This document shows, piece by piece, positions 20,162 to 29,589 of a DNA stretch of 64,000 bases. The number at the start of each line of letters is the position of its first letter. Position 1 is the first letter of the stretch. The notes under the pieces are model-generated. The model was not told where the DNA came from. It was given only the letters and a program-made list of their open reading frames with translations, and did not search any database. Source of the stretch: a virus. Taxonomy: Duplodnaviria; Caudoviricetes. Made by a program: the position numbers and the translations under genes. The DNA is taken from the IMG/VR virus record IMGVR_UViG_3300036783_000183, positions 1 through 64,000 of that record; one strand, given 5' to 3'.

Positions 20162-20260
20162 ATGCCTGCCGGGCCTCGCCTCGCCGAGCCGCACCTCGAC
20201 GGCCGCACCACGCCGGGCCCTCCCTCACCGGGCCCTGCCTAGCCTTGACTGCCTTGCTGC
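20162..20260 (-). repeat. GGY-NN mini-array (about 2 units)
   Basis: Delimiters at 20198 and 20247 enclosing 8 pentamers + 2 nt (49 nt). Confidence 0.8.
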
Positions 20261-20263
20261 CTG

Positions 20264-21193
20264 CTAGCTGAGAGGATTCACGACCGGAGTGTCCGGCGGA
20301 GGCTCCTCAGTTTCCGCTGACGGCTTCCAGCACCATGCCGGCCCCATGTTGAACAGCCCGATGACCCAGCTGCCGGGCAGGCCCGATGACGGCGGCCTCG
20401 GCTCGTAGCTGGGCAGGTCGTTGCTGACGTAGTACGTCGGCACCGCGAAAGCCCGGACCAGCGCGTCGCCTTCCTGGAGCCACGTCCAGATGCCACGGTT
20501 CATGTCCGGCACGTCGGGATGGCCGGGGAGCTGGTCGGGGTCGATGCTCGGGTAGCCGACCGGCGGATCCGGCCAGATGACCGGCGGGTAATAGATCGGG
20601 TGCTCGGGATGCGCGCCCTCCGGCGGCGTCGGCGGCGGCAGCACGATCGGGTGCGCCGGGTGACCGGGTGACGGCCAGATACCCGGGGGCGGGCCGCCCG
20701 ACGCAGGCGGGTAGTAGATCGGCGGCGTCGGCGTCGGCTGCGGCCCCGGAAGACCGATGTCCACGTACGGGGGCAGGTAGATCGGATGCGTCGGCACCCC
20801 TGGAGCAATCGCATCGGGAGGGATCACGATCGGATGCGCCGGCTCGACCGGCGGAAGGACGATCGGGTGTGTCGGCACCCCTGGAGCGATGGCCCCGGGA
20901 GGGATCACGATCGGGTGCGTAGGCTCACCCGGAAGGTAGATCGGGTGCGCCGGGACGCCAGGCGCAATCGCGTCAGGAGGGATCACGATCGGGTGCGCCG
21001 GGACCGGCGGGTAGTAGATCGGCGGGGTGACGCTCGGCGGCGGGCCGCCCGGGGCGATCGGGTGGGCGGGCCAGCCGGGCACCCCGAAGCCGGGGTCTAC
21101 CGGCCCGGTGGGCGGGTAGTAGATGGGCGGAGTGGGTGTTCCGCCAGGTCGCTCTGGCACCCACGCTTCGACGATGACGTACTGCCGGCCCAT
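20264..21193 (-). CDS. Proline-rich repeat protein (P[AT]HPI repeats)
   Basis: 309 aa; about nine PxHPI motifs, PAHPIVIPPDAIAPGV twice; AAGGAG RBS. Confidence 0.75.
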   Translation of the reverse strand: MGRQYVIVEAWVPERPGGTPTPPIYYPPTGPVDPGFGVPGWPAHPIAPGGPPPSVTPPIYYPPVPAHPIVIPPDAIAPGVPAHPIYLPGEPTHPIVIPPGAIAPGVPTHPIVLPPVEPAHPIVIPPDAIAPGVPTHPIYLPPYVDIGLPGPQPTPTPPIYYPPASGGPPPGIWPSPGHPAHPIVLPPPTPPEGAHPEHPIYYPPVIWPDPPVGYPSIDPDQLPGHPDVPDMNRGIWTWLQEGDALVRAFAVPTYYVSNDLPSYEPRPPSSGLPGSWVIGLFNMGPAWCWKPSAETEEPPPDTPVVNPLS

Positions 21194-21254
21194 GGCTCTC
21201 CTTTTTCTCTATGATTACTGATTCACCGATGATGCTACAGGTACCTTGATTGCT

Positions 21255-22680
21255 TTACCACGCCGGGCCGAGCCTCACCAGGACCTGCCTAGACGCAACT
21301 GCCTTGCCGCGCGATGCCGAGACGAGCCCCGACGAGACGTACTCACCCTGCCCAGCGCCGACTGCCATGCCCGGCGTTGCCGGGCCAAGACCCGCCGTTC
21401 CCCGGCGAGCGGTACCACGACTGCCTTGCCCGGCCAGGCTGCGATGTGCCCCGCCTTCCCGTACCACGCCCGCCAGGCGATGACCCACCGCGCCACGCGG
21501 TGACCAGCCCTGCCTACCCGCACCCGGCCAAGACGGCCTCGCCGCCCTTGCCTCGCCAAGCGACCCACGCCAGGCCCAGATCGGCCGCGACTGCCGTGCC
21601 AGGCTAGGCCAGGACTGGACGTACCGAGACCCGCCGTGCCATGACTGCCTCGCCCTACGCTCCGTGCCGGACCGAGCGCCACCGGGCCCAGGCATGCCGA
21701 GCCCCGCGTTTGCCTGCCCAGCCTTGCCCTGCCAAGCCGCGCTCTGTCATGCCTAGCCGGAGCCCTGCCTAGCGCTGACTGCCCTGCCTCGCCAGGCCAA
21801 ACAGCCCTCGCCGGGGAGTGCCCCGCCTGGACGGCCGAGCCACGCCATGCGCTCCCGCCGTTCCGCGCCGTGCGCCGCCACGTGGTGCCAGGACACGCCG
21901 CGCCTGGCCTTACCTGCCGCGCCAAGCCTTGCACAGCCAGGGCGCGCCGTGCCTTGCGCCTCCGGCCGCGCCAAGCATCACCTCGCGACGCCACCCCGTG
22001 CCTAGCCCGGCCATCCTGCCGGGCCCCGCCATGCCTTGCCGCTCTGCGCCAGGACTCGCACGACCCGGCCAGGCCTAACCTGCCCTGCCGTGCCATGCCT
22101 CTCCTGGCCCGGACATGCCAAGCCTTGACTGCCGTGCCGCACCGTGCCAAGCGATGCCCTGCCCAGCCGACCAGGACGAGCCTGCCCCGCCAGGCCGGGC
22201 CTTGCCGAGCATCGCCCTCCCCGCACTGCCCAGACGGCCTCACCCGTCCGTGCCAGGACGCACCTGGCCAGGCTTTGCCTCGACGGCCGGGCCAGGCCTT
22301 GCCTTGCCTTGCCATGACACGCCAGGACACGCCACCGCCACGCCAAGCCGAGACGGCCATGCCTTACCGCGCCGTGCCGAGCTATCGGCGACGGGCCTTA
22401 CCACCCCGGCTGTCCCAGCCTCGCCTGGCCTTGACCGGCCGCGCCACGCCTTGACTGCCATGCCATGCCGTCCATGCGCCGCTACCCGGGCGTCCCGGTC
22501 CAAGCCACGGCTGCCTCGCCTGGCCTTGCCTGGCCCGTCCAGGCGGTGCCTGGCGATGCCTCTCCTGCCATGCGAAGCCCAGCCCAGCGTTGCCAGGCCC
22601 TGGGCCGCCATGCCATCCGGCCCTGCGCTGCCGCGCACCGCCCAGCCCAGCGGGGCCTCGCCACGTCCAGCCGTGCCATA
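21255..22680 (-). repeat. GGY-NN pentamer array 2, directly downstream of the RAMP-like operon (putative vrRNA array, roughly 25 units)
   Basis: 5-nt periodicity; delimiters at 21297, 21360, 21419, 21532, 21589, 21643, 21777, 21830, 22233, 22282, 22352 etc. Confidence 0.9.
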
Positions 22681-22686
22681 AACAAG

Positions 22687-22725
22687 CCGGGGCCAGGACG
22701 GGCATGGCTGTCGTCCTGGCCCCGG
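22687..22725. other. 14-bp hairpin between partner gene and array 2
   Basis: CCGGGGCCAGGACG-11 nt-CGTCCTGGCCCCGG. Confidence 0.7.
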
Positions 22726-22742
22726 GGCCCCGCGAGATCATC

Positions 22743-23231
22743 TCAGGCTTCGAGCACGAGCGGCTCGTCACCGCCGTTGTCGCCGTCGTCGCCGTCATCT
22801 GACGGCGGCGTGTCCCGGCGCACCATCCGGATGAAGTCCTCGAAGTGGTCGTACTTGCGCCGCAGCGCCCGCCACTCCATCTCCATCTGGCGCTTCAGCT
22901 GCGCGGTCATGACCTCGTTCGCCTTGATCTCGTCCAGGGGAACGTAGGCCCGGCCGCCCGGGGCCGAGGGCACCGGCATCGAGTGGAACACCCGGATCTG
23001 CTCCGGGTGCCCCCGCGCGCCCACGTAGACCTCGCGGATCACGCGGACGAGCTGCCGGGCCTGCTGCACCCGGTACTTCGGGCCCGCGACATCATCGCGC
23101 CACTCGAAGTGCGAGTGCAGCAGGTGCGCCGGATCCGAGGCGGCCTCGACGATCATCCTGGCGGTCAGGATGCCGCCGTTGGCCGCCCGGATCGCGAGCA
23201 GCTCGGCTTCGATCTCAGCCTTGGTCGCCAC
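22743..23231 (-). CDS. Conserved small partner protein of the RAMP-like gene
   Basis: 162 aa; LTARMIVEAASDPAHLLHSHFEWRDD..KYRVQQARQLVR; overlaps the stop of the RAMP-like gene. Confidence 0.75.
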   Translation of the reverse strand: MATKAEIEAELLAIRAANGGILTARMIVEAASDPAHLLHSHFEWRDDVAGPKYRVQQARQLVRVIREVYVGARGHPEQIRVFHSMPVPSAPGGRAYVPLDEIKANEVMTAQLKRQMEMEWRALRRKYDHFEDFIRMVRRDTPPSDDGDDGDNGGDEPLVLEA

Positions 23232-24159
23232 TGCCGGCGTCCTCGGCGAGGCCCTCGCCCTCGACGGAGCCCTCGATCGCGGCCTTGTCCTTGGCCTTGG
23301 CCTTGGGCAGCTCCTCGGGCGGGGTGTCGAGCAGCGCGAAGTCGTCCAGGGTCAGGATCTCCCCGTCATTCTCGTCGAAGGCGTAGGCGGACAGGTCCGG
23401 CGCGTACTCGGCCGGCAGCTCGTCCATGATGCCGATCGCGTCGTCGTGGTCGGCGATCCGGAACGTGCCGAACTCCCCGTTGCGCTCCGGCCGCCATTCC
23501 CCGACGCCCACGCCCATGCCGCCCGCCTCGATGAGCGAGACCAGCGAGTCGCGGTCGATCAGGTTCTTGGTGTAGGAGACGTACAGGGTCGCCGACCACC
23601 TGGGGAAGCAGCCCCGGTAGCGCAGGTCGGCCGGGTGGTTGACGCCGGCCAGCCGCACGTAGTCCTCCCGCATCATCGGCCGCCCGTCGAGCACGACCAT
23701 GCGGCTCGGCTCGGTCGGCACGGAGACGCCGTAGAAGAACATGAACTGGCGAAGCTCGGTCATCTTGACCTGCTTGCCGTAGTAGCGCCCGGCGCCGATG
23801 GTGGCCATCTTGAAGGCCATGGCCGGGATGCCGAACCGGACCTCGCCGGTCTCGCCGTTGACGCCGGCCCGGTACAGCGAGGCCAGGAACTCCCGGCGCG
23901 GATCGCGCTTCTCGGGCTGGCGCCGCACGCCCTGCTGGGCGGCGAGCATCTGCGTCTTGGCCTTCTCGGAGAACCGGCTGACGATCAGCGGCGAGGTGCC
24001 CACGATGTCGATCGCGAGCAGCTCGGTCTCGATCGGCTTGATGACCAGCTTGGCCGGGCCGCCGGCCGGGGCGGCCGAACGGCCGCGAGCGGCGCGGGTA
24101 GTGCTGACGGTCTGGCCGTCTGCTGCCGGAGCTTCCGGCGTAGCCTGAGGTGCAGGCAT
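23215..24159 (-). CDS. RAMP/Cas7-like protein (candidate Vipr effector)
   Basis: 314 aa; IDIVGTSPLIV (first RRM strand), FGIPAMAFKMA (cf. Cas7-group IPGSSxKG), FPRWSATL, C-terminal Gly-rich loop EAGGMGVGVGEWRPERNGEFGTF; adjacent GGY-NN array. Confidence 0.7.
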   Translation of the reverse strand: MPAPQATPEAPAADGQTVSTTRAARGRSAAPAGGPAKLVIKPIETELLAIDIVGTSPLIVSRFSEKAKTQMLAAQQGVRRQPEKRDPRREFLASLYRAGVNGETGEVRFGIPAMAFKMATIGAGRYYGKQVKMTELRQFMFFYGVSVPTEPSRMVVLDGRPMMREDYVRLAGVNHPADLRYRGCFPRWSATLYVSYTKNLIDRDSLVSLIEAGGMGVGVGEWRPERNGEFGTFRIADHDDAIGIMDELPAEYAPDLSAYAFDENDGEILTLDDFALLDTPPEELPKAKAKDKAAIEGSVEGEGLAEDAGSGDQG

Positions 24160-24231
24160 GGTTCATTCCCTCCTCGGGGGTTTGAATCGTGTCGCCGCCC
24201 CCGGCCGTATCCGGGGGTGGCTTATGCAGAG

Positions 24232-24261
24232 ACAATACTGATACGCGAAACGCATTGTCAA
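24232..24261 (-). promoter_or_regulatory. Sigma70/HrdB-type promoter of the RAMP-like operon
   Basis: On - strand TTGACA (24261-24256)-N18-TATTGT (24237-24232); GAGGAGGG RBS before ATG 24159. Confidence 0.65.
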
Positions 24262-24329
24262 AGAACCTTGGTACGGAAATATCAAGGTTTATTGATATTC
24301 CCCGGGAAAATTGTCAAAAAATCTTGGTA
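24256..24329. promoter_or_regulatory. Three tandem operator-like boxes in divergent promoter region
   Basis: TGTCAA-agaacc-TTGGTA (24256), TATCAA-ggttta-TTGATA (24280), TGTCAA-aaaatc-TTGGTA (24312). Confidence 0.7.
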
Positions 24330-24512
24330 CGTGGTACGGTTCTGACAGGTCCCGCCCGGACACCCGCCCCCGAGGCCAGGGGGCGGTTCGCCAGCCTGGT
24401 GCACCGAACGGCAAGCGTGGTCCGCAGCCGGACCCGGGGGCGTATAGGCAGTCTGGCCGGCTTCAATCCGGCGCGTCCGGGCGGGATCCCGGCCCGCGCC
24501 CGGGGAGGAACG

Positions 24513-24869
24513 ATGACCGACGACGGCAAGCAGCCATGGGCGCCGCCCCGGCCGGTGATCATCGTCACCAGCACCTGCTACAGGGGGTACCTGATGGCCT
24601 CCGGGCACTGTGACCAGTGCGGCGGCAAGGGCCGCCATCACCTGGCGGGCTGCCCCCGCAGAGGCAAGCAGGGCACGCCGAAGGGCCAGCGAATACATCC
24701 CCGGGGTAATCCCCGCGACATCCCGAAGCACACCTGCAAGAAGGAGGCAGTCGGCACCGTCACCAAGCGAGTCGGCATCCGCAAGGACGAGGTGACCACG
24801 CACTACTCGTGCTCGATCTGCGGGAAGGACATGGGCTCGACAACCGAGAAAAAGGACCGGCTCTGGTAG
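24513..24869 (+). CDS. Small Cys/His-rich Zn-binding protein
   Basis: ATG after GGGGAGGA; CDQCG..HHLAGC, CSICG. Confidence 0.55.
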   Translation: MTDDGKQPWAPPRPVIIVTSTCYRGYLMASGHCDQCGGKGRHHLAGCPRRGKQGTPKGQRIHPRGNPRDIPKHTCKKEAVGTVTKRVGIRKDEVTTHYSCSICGKDMGSTTEKKDRLW

Positions 24870-25220
24870 CCCGCCACCACCACCGGGCCCCGGAGGGCCC
24901 GGCAGTGATGTGGGGGTGGGCGGGAATGGCTTCCCGCAATCGCCGGCCCAGAGTTGCCTACATAGCGCGGCGAACCAGCACAGCGGCGCTACCCGTGACC
25001 AGCTCCCGAGCGGCCCCGAGCTGTTGTCTGTGCTTGCGCCACCCCGGCAGGGCCACCGTTGGCCACCCGTACCGGCAAGACGCTACACAGCCGCTGATCC
25101 TGCACTGACCTTAGGGCCCAGCCTGAGCGATAGCCCTTGTTCAGTCACCACCACGGCCGTCCGTCGACAGCCGCTTGAGAACCGACCCTACTCAATCCTG
25201 AATAGGATTGCTAGATATTT

Positions 25221-28200
25221 TCAGCTCCTTGCAGCCAGCGCGGCCTGGACCGTGCGCCGGAAGGCCATCGTGCGGTGCACCCGCATCGGGTCGCCCTGGT
25301 AGGCATCGGTGTTCTCGTAGCCGGTCGCGTCGGCCGTGTTCGGCGCCGCCGGGGCCAGGTCCGCGTTGCCGGGCTGGCGGCCGGAGAACGTCTGGGTGAA
25401 CGGGCCGCTCTTCTGCGGCGCCTCCTGCGGGGTGCCGAGCATGTCATCCGGCGCCACCGGGGCCGAGGCGGGCGGCGGGGCGCCCTGGTACGGGGGCACG
25501 CCGCCGGAGCGGGCCGGGTCCTCGCCGCCGCCCATCGGCGGGGGCTGGCCCGGCCCGTTCAGCGGAGTTGAGCCCATCGGGTCGGGTGAGGTGCCCGGTC
25601 CGTCCGTGATCAGGTCGACCGTCGTGCCTGCCGTGACCTGCCGAGCCTTGCCTTGATGCGCCGGTCCTCGCCGGGCTACCGCAGGCACAAGATACCCGTT
25701 CCCCGAGATGTGGTACCGGTCGGCGTGGGCCCTCGCGAACTTGACGGTGAACGAGCTGTGCGCGTCCAGGCGGCGGCCGAGCACCGGGTGAGCGCGGGAC
25801 AGCCGGTAGTGCTCGCCTGCCCAGGCCTCCTGGGCGTCCGGCCGGTCGGCGATGGCCGCGTACAGGCCCGCCTCGAAGGCCGGACTGCCCTGGCTGACCA
25901 GGTTCATGCCGGGCGTCCACCGGGCGGCGAACTTGTAGCCCCGGCGGAACTCCGGGTCGGCGGCCACCTCGCGGGTCAGGAACGCGGCCGAGACGCGGCG
26001 CAGGCTGGCCGCCCGCCGGTCGTGCGCGTGCTCGCCGCCGTAGCCGTATTCCTTGTCGAGCCGGTCCAGGTAGGAGTCGACCGTGCTCTCCGGAATGCCC
26101 TTGACCTGGTGCGCCCGGGTGTGCGCGTTCTTCAGGTCCTGCTTGCTGTTGACCGGCAGCTTGTCATCCGGGCCCAGGGAGTGCGCGGCGTTTTCCCGCT
26201 CGGACTCGGTGAAGTCATGCGCCTGGCGCCGCACTGAGGACCGCTGCGAGGGGCGCCCGCCCCTCGGCATGCTGTAGCCGGGAGCGCCCGGGTCCGGGAC
26301 GTGACCGATCGTCCGGGCGTGCATGCCCGGCCCGGCGCCCTCCTCGCCCGGGTTGTGCAGGTGCTGGCAGCCCTCGGCGTTGCACGGCTCAGTCCGGTGC
26401 GCCGGGTGCGGGCAGCCGTAGCACTGGGCGGCCGTCCGCTGCAGGCTGGCCCGGCTGACCTGGAAGGCACGCTGGGCCTCCCCGGCGTTCATCGCCTGGC
26501 CGGAGTCGCCGCCCATGGAGCGGGGCACGTCCTGGGCCCCGGTGTCCGGCGGGCGGCCGGAGTAGCCGACCGCGTAGCCCTTGACGTACGGGGAGACCAG
26601 CGAGCTGTTGTCGGCGAACGTGGGGTGCTCGCCGGAGGCCGCGTCCTCCTGGCCGTCCCGGATGCCCTGGGAGTAGTCGGCGCCGGGCGGCTCCGGGGTG
26701 GTCTGGGCGGTGTTGAACGGCGGGCTGCCGTCGTCGGTGCTCTGGTGCGGCTTGGTCATGGTGTCGGCCTGGCGCCGCAGCCCTTCCTTCTGCCGCAGGT
26801 CTTCCTGCCCGGACAGCACGCCGGAGACGCGCTCGCCTGGCGCGGCGTGGTAATCGGGGCGGTCGCCCTGGCGGCCCTTCATCTCGCTGTACACGCCGAG
26901 GTAGTGCTGGTGCAGGTCGGGCCGGCCGGACCACTCGGCATAGTCATCCCTGCCGATCGGATCCCTGCCCAGGGTGGCGTCCATGACGCCCCGGGTCTCG
27001 TTCCAGCCGCGCATGTACTGGCCGTGCGCCTTGGTGCTGAACGCGTAGTTGTCCTTGTGGCGCGGCCTCTTGCCCTCCATGGCGTCCATCCGGCCGAACA
27101 TCTTCACCGCAGCGGACGAGGGCGTCATCGAGGACCGGGCCGCCTCCTTGGACTGATCGTCCTGGTCCCCCTCCTGGCCGGCGAGCGGGAACATGACGGC
27201 GGTGTTGAGCTGGTCCGCGCCCGGGTTCGGGTTGTCGTGGGAGTCGACAGTCTCCTGGATCTGGGTCAGCGAGCTGGCGCCCTGGTGCCGGAAGTACGCC
27301 CGGTAGACCTCCGGGTCGTAGTGCTGCTGGACGTGCCGCCGGAACGCCTCCCGGTCGGCGTCGGTGGGGTCGCGGTGCGACCAGCTGTCCGGGTCGTCAC
27401 GCCACAGCTCCTGGAAGGACCCGCGCAGGTGATGAGGGACATCCACGTCGGATCCCTCGTAGCCCTCGCTGTAGTGGCCCTCGTTGCCGCTGTAGCCGCC
27501 GGCGTTGCCGCCGTGATTGCCGTAATAGCCACCGGGCTCATTGGACCAGGCACGGTCCTCCGGGTGGACGGCGCCCTCGACCTGATGCTTGATCTTGCCG
27601 CAGTAGGCCTCGGGGTCGTTCTTGTCCTGGTTGGCGGCCACGCACGCGGCGAAGTCCTTGTAGCCGGCGAACGGGGCGCCCTTGCGCATGCCTTCTGCGG
27701 TCAGCCCCGAGGGGGCCTCACGAAAATCCAGGCGGCTCCCGGCCTTGGCCTTGCCCTTCTTCTTCTTGCTCTTGACGCCGTTCGCCACGCAGTTCTTGCA
27801 CAGGCCGCCGTTCTTGCCGGGCTTGCCGCCGCAGCCGGGGCAGGTGCCGGACAGCGCCGGGTTGTCGTCGCTGGGCACCGCGCCCCGGGCCAGCACCGGG
27901 CCGACCCGGGCCAGGTAGCCGTGCAGCCAGGCGATCTCGTCCTCGGTGCGGGCCTGCACCCGGAAGCCGGCCATCAGCGCGTCGCGGTGGGCGGCCACCT
28001 TGGCCAGGTTCCCCAGCCGCAGGATGGCGTGACCCTCCTGCACGCCGAGGGACTCGAACCGGGCCCGGCGGGCGAAGTCCTCGGCGTTCATCACGTAGCC
28101 GACCGCGAGCGAGGCGGTGTGCTCGGTGCCGCGCCCGCAGTCCTGCTCGGGCCAGTGCCACGAGCTGCAGCGGGAATGGAAGGGCCCGTCGAAGGTCATG

Positions 28201-29105
28201 TCGCCGGCGTCCGCGCCGAACTGCCAGCGGAAGCCCTCGGAGTCGGGGCCGGTCAGCGCGGAGGCGATGACGTTCGGCCGCCGCTCGGAGCCCTCGTCCA
28301 TGTTCTGGCCGAGGGCCGGGTTGGGCGTCGAGGGGGCGGACGGCGCCGCGCCGGGCGGCGGCACGGTGGGGATCTCGCCGGGCATGCCCAGCGGGATCTC
28401 GGCGTAGGAGTTCGCGACATCCATCGCCGTGCTGTGCTCGTTCGGGTTCGCCGCACCCGAGCCGAAGCCGGAGCCCGAGCCGTCCTGCTGCTCCAGCTGC
28501 TGCATCATCGGCGCCCGCTCGGAGCTGACCTGGGACTGCCCGGACGGGGACTCGACCTGGGTGTTGTACTCGTTCTGCTCCGGCGCGAAGTTGTCGAAGG
28601 TCTCGGCGGGGTACGGAGTCGGCGCCTGGTTGTCGTGCGAGTCCACCTCCTGGTCGACCTGCGGCAGGCCGGACGCTCCCCGCCGGGTCAGGTAGCCGAC
28701 GTAGGTCATGAACTCGCGCCGGGCGTCCAGGGCCTGGCTGCCGTAGGCGCTGGCGGCGGTATAGGCCTGGCCGAGGGCCTGCTCGCGGAACTCCTCGGGG
28801 TCCGCCTCCACGCCGGGCGGCAGGCTGCGGTACCACCGGGAGGCCTCGGTGATCATCGCGGTGCGGTAGTCCACGGGCGCCTCGTACTCGCCCAGCCAGT
28901 CGGTCGCGGCCGTGTGCCGCTCGTACAGCGGCACCGGCTCCAGGGTTGCCCGGACGGCGGTCGCGGACAGGTCCGTCTCGCGCGAGCGCGCGATCGCGGC
29001 CGTCCGCGCCTGGTCGTGCTCGTCGAGCGCGGCCACGGCGGTAATCATCTCGTCACCCGTCTGGGCCGCCCGCACCGCCCGCAGCAGCTCGTCACGCTCG
29101 GCCAT
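25221..29105 (-). CDS. Giant head-associated protein (1294 aa)
   Basis: GGAGG RBS; internal repeat AS.L.Q....VDSHDN x2; FAACVAANQDKNDPEAYCGKIK and KLPVNSKQDLKNA modules seen in phage head proteins. Confidence 0.75.
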   Translation of the reverse strand: MAERDELLRAVRAAQTGDEMITAVAALDEHDQARTAAIARSRETDLSATAVRATLEPVPLYERHTAATDWLGEYEAPVDYRTAMITEASRWYRSLPPGVEADPEEFREQALGQAYTAASAYGSQALDARREFMTYVGYLTRRGASGLPQVDQEVDSHDNQAPTPYPAETFDNFAPEQNEYNTQVESPSGQSQVSSERAPMMQQLEQQDGSGSGFGSGAANPNEHSTAMDVANSYAEIPLGMPGEIPTVPPPGAAPSAPSTPNPALGQNMDEGSERRPNVIASALTGPDSEGFRWQFGADAGDMTFDGPFHSRCSSWHWPEQDCGRGTEHTASLAVGYVMNAEDFARRARFESLGVQEGHAILRLGNLAKVAAHRDALMAGFRVQARTEDEIAWLHGYLARVGPVLARGAVPSDDNPALSGTCPGCGGKPGKNGGLCKNCVANGVKSKKKKGKAKAGSRLDFREAPSGLTAEGMRKGAPFAGYKDFAACVAANQDKNDPEAYCGKIKHQVEGAVHPEDRAWSNEPGGYYGNHGGNAGGYSGNEGHYSEGYEGSDVDVPHHLRGSFQELWRDDPDSWSHRDPTDADREAFRRHVQQHYDPEVYRAYFRHQGASSLTQIQETVDSHDNPNPGADQLNTAVMFPLAGQEGDQDDQSKEAARSSMTPSSAAVKMFGRMDAMEGKRPRHKDNYAFSTKAHGQYMRGWNETRGVMDATLGRDPIGRDDYAEWSGRPDLHQHYLGVYSEMKGRQGDRPDYHAAPGERVSGVLSGQEDLRQKEGLRRQADTMTKPHQSTDDGSPPFNTAQTTPEPPGADYSQGIRDGQEDAASGEHPTFADNSSLVSPYVKGYAVGYSGRPPDTGAQDVPRSMGGDSGQAMNAGEAQRAFQVSRASLQRTAAQCYGCPHPAHRTEPCNAEGCQHLHNPGEEGAGPGMHARTIGHVPDPGAPGYSMPRGGRPSQRSSVRRQAHDFTESERENAAHSLGPDDKLPVNSKQDLKNAHTRAHQVKGIPESTVDSYLDRLDKEYGYGGEHAHDRRAASLRRVSAAFLTREVAADPEFRRGYKFAARWTPGMNLVSQGSPAFEAGLYAAIADRPDAQEAWAGEHYRLSRAHPVLGRRLDAHSSFTVKFARAHADRYHISGNGYLVPAVARRGPAHQGKARQVTAGTTVDLITDGPGTSPDPMGSTPLNGPGQPPPMGGGEDPARSGGVPPYQGAPPPASAPVAPDDMLGTPQEAPQKSGPFTQTFSGRQPGNADLAPAAPNTADATGYENTDAYQGDPMRVHRTMAFRRTVQAALAARS

Positions 29106-29151
29106 GTCGGATCCTCCCGGAAGCAGCGTCTCTGCTACTTCCCGGGCCGGC

Positions 29152-29589
29152 CTAGACGGGCAACAGGCCGTGATCGATGATCTCGTACAGCCGGGCGCCG
29201 GGCCCGTGCTCGGGATAGAACGGCTTCACGCCCCCGATGTCGAACGCCTCGCACATCTCGTGAGTCTCCACGGACTGGATGCAGCGCAGCAGCCACCAGT
29301 GCCAGGGCAGGGCGGAGTCATCGGACGGCACGTCGAACCGGTGCCCGAATGAAGCCATCTGGCCCGGCCGGGTGCTGTCCTCGGCGGTGACGCAGACGAC
29401 GAGCCTGACCGGCTCGCCCCAGGTGATGGCGACCATCGCGGGCGCCAGCGCCTGGGTCACCGCGTCCAGGGTGACCGGCGGGCAGCCGCCCATCGTTCCG
29501 GTATGCCCAGCCTCCAGCCAGAACTGCCAGCCGGTCTTGTAACGGAACTGGCTGATCATGTTCGCCAGGGCGGGGATCCCGTTTGCCAT
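29152..29589 (-). CDS. Conserved phage hypothetical protein
   Basis: MANGIPAL..FRYKTGWQF..WLLRCIQSVETHEMCEAF..FYPEHGPG. Confidence 0.6.
   Translation of the reverse strand: MANGIPALANMISQFRYKTGWQFWLEAGHTGTMGGCPPVTLDAVTQALAPAMVAITWGEPVRLVVCVTAEDSTRPGQMASFGHRFDVPSDDSALPWHWWLLRCIQSVETHEMCEAFDIGGVKPFYPEHGPGARLYEIIDHGLLPV

Noticed and set aside
20264-21193. Pro-rich gene as a coding form of the GGY-NN array
   Set aside because: Its repeats are codon-based (PxHPI) with synonymous variation, not 5-nt periodic
5681-22680. Canonical CRISPR array
   Set aside because: No identical 23-47-nt repeats separated by unique spacers; the periodicity is 5 nt and no cas1/cas2 is present
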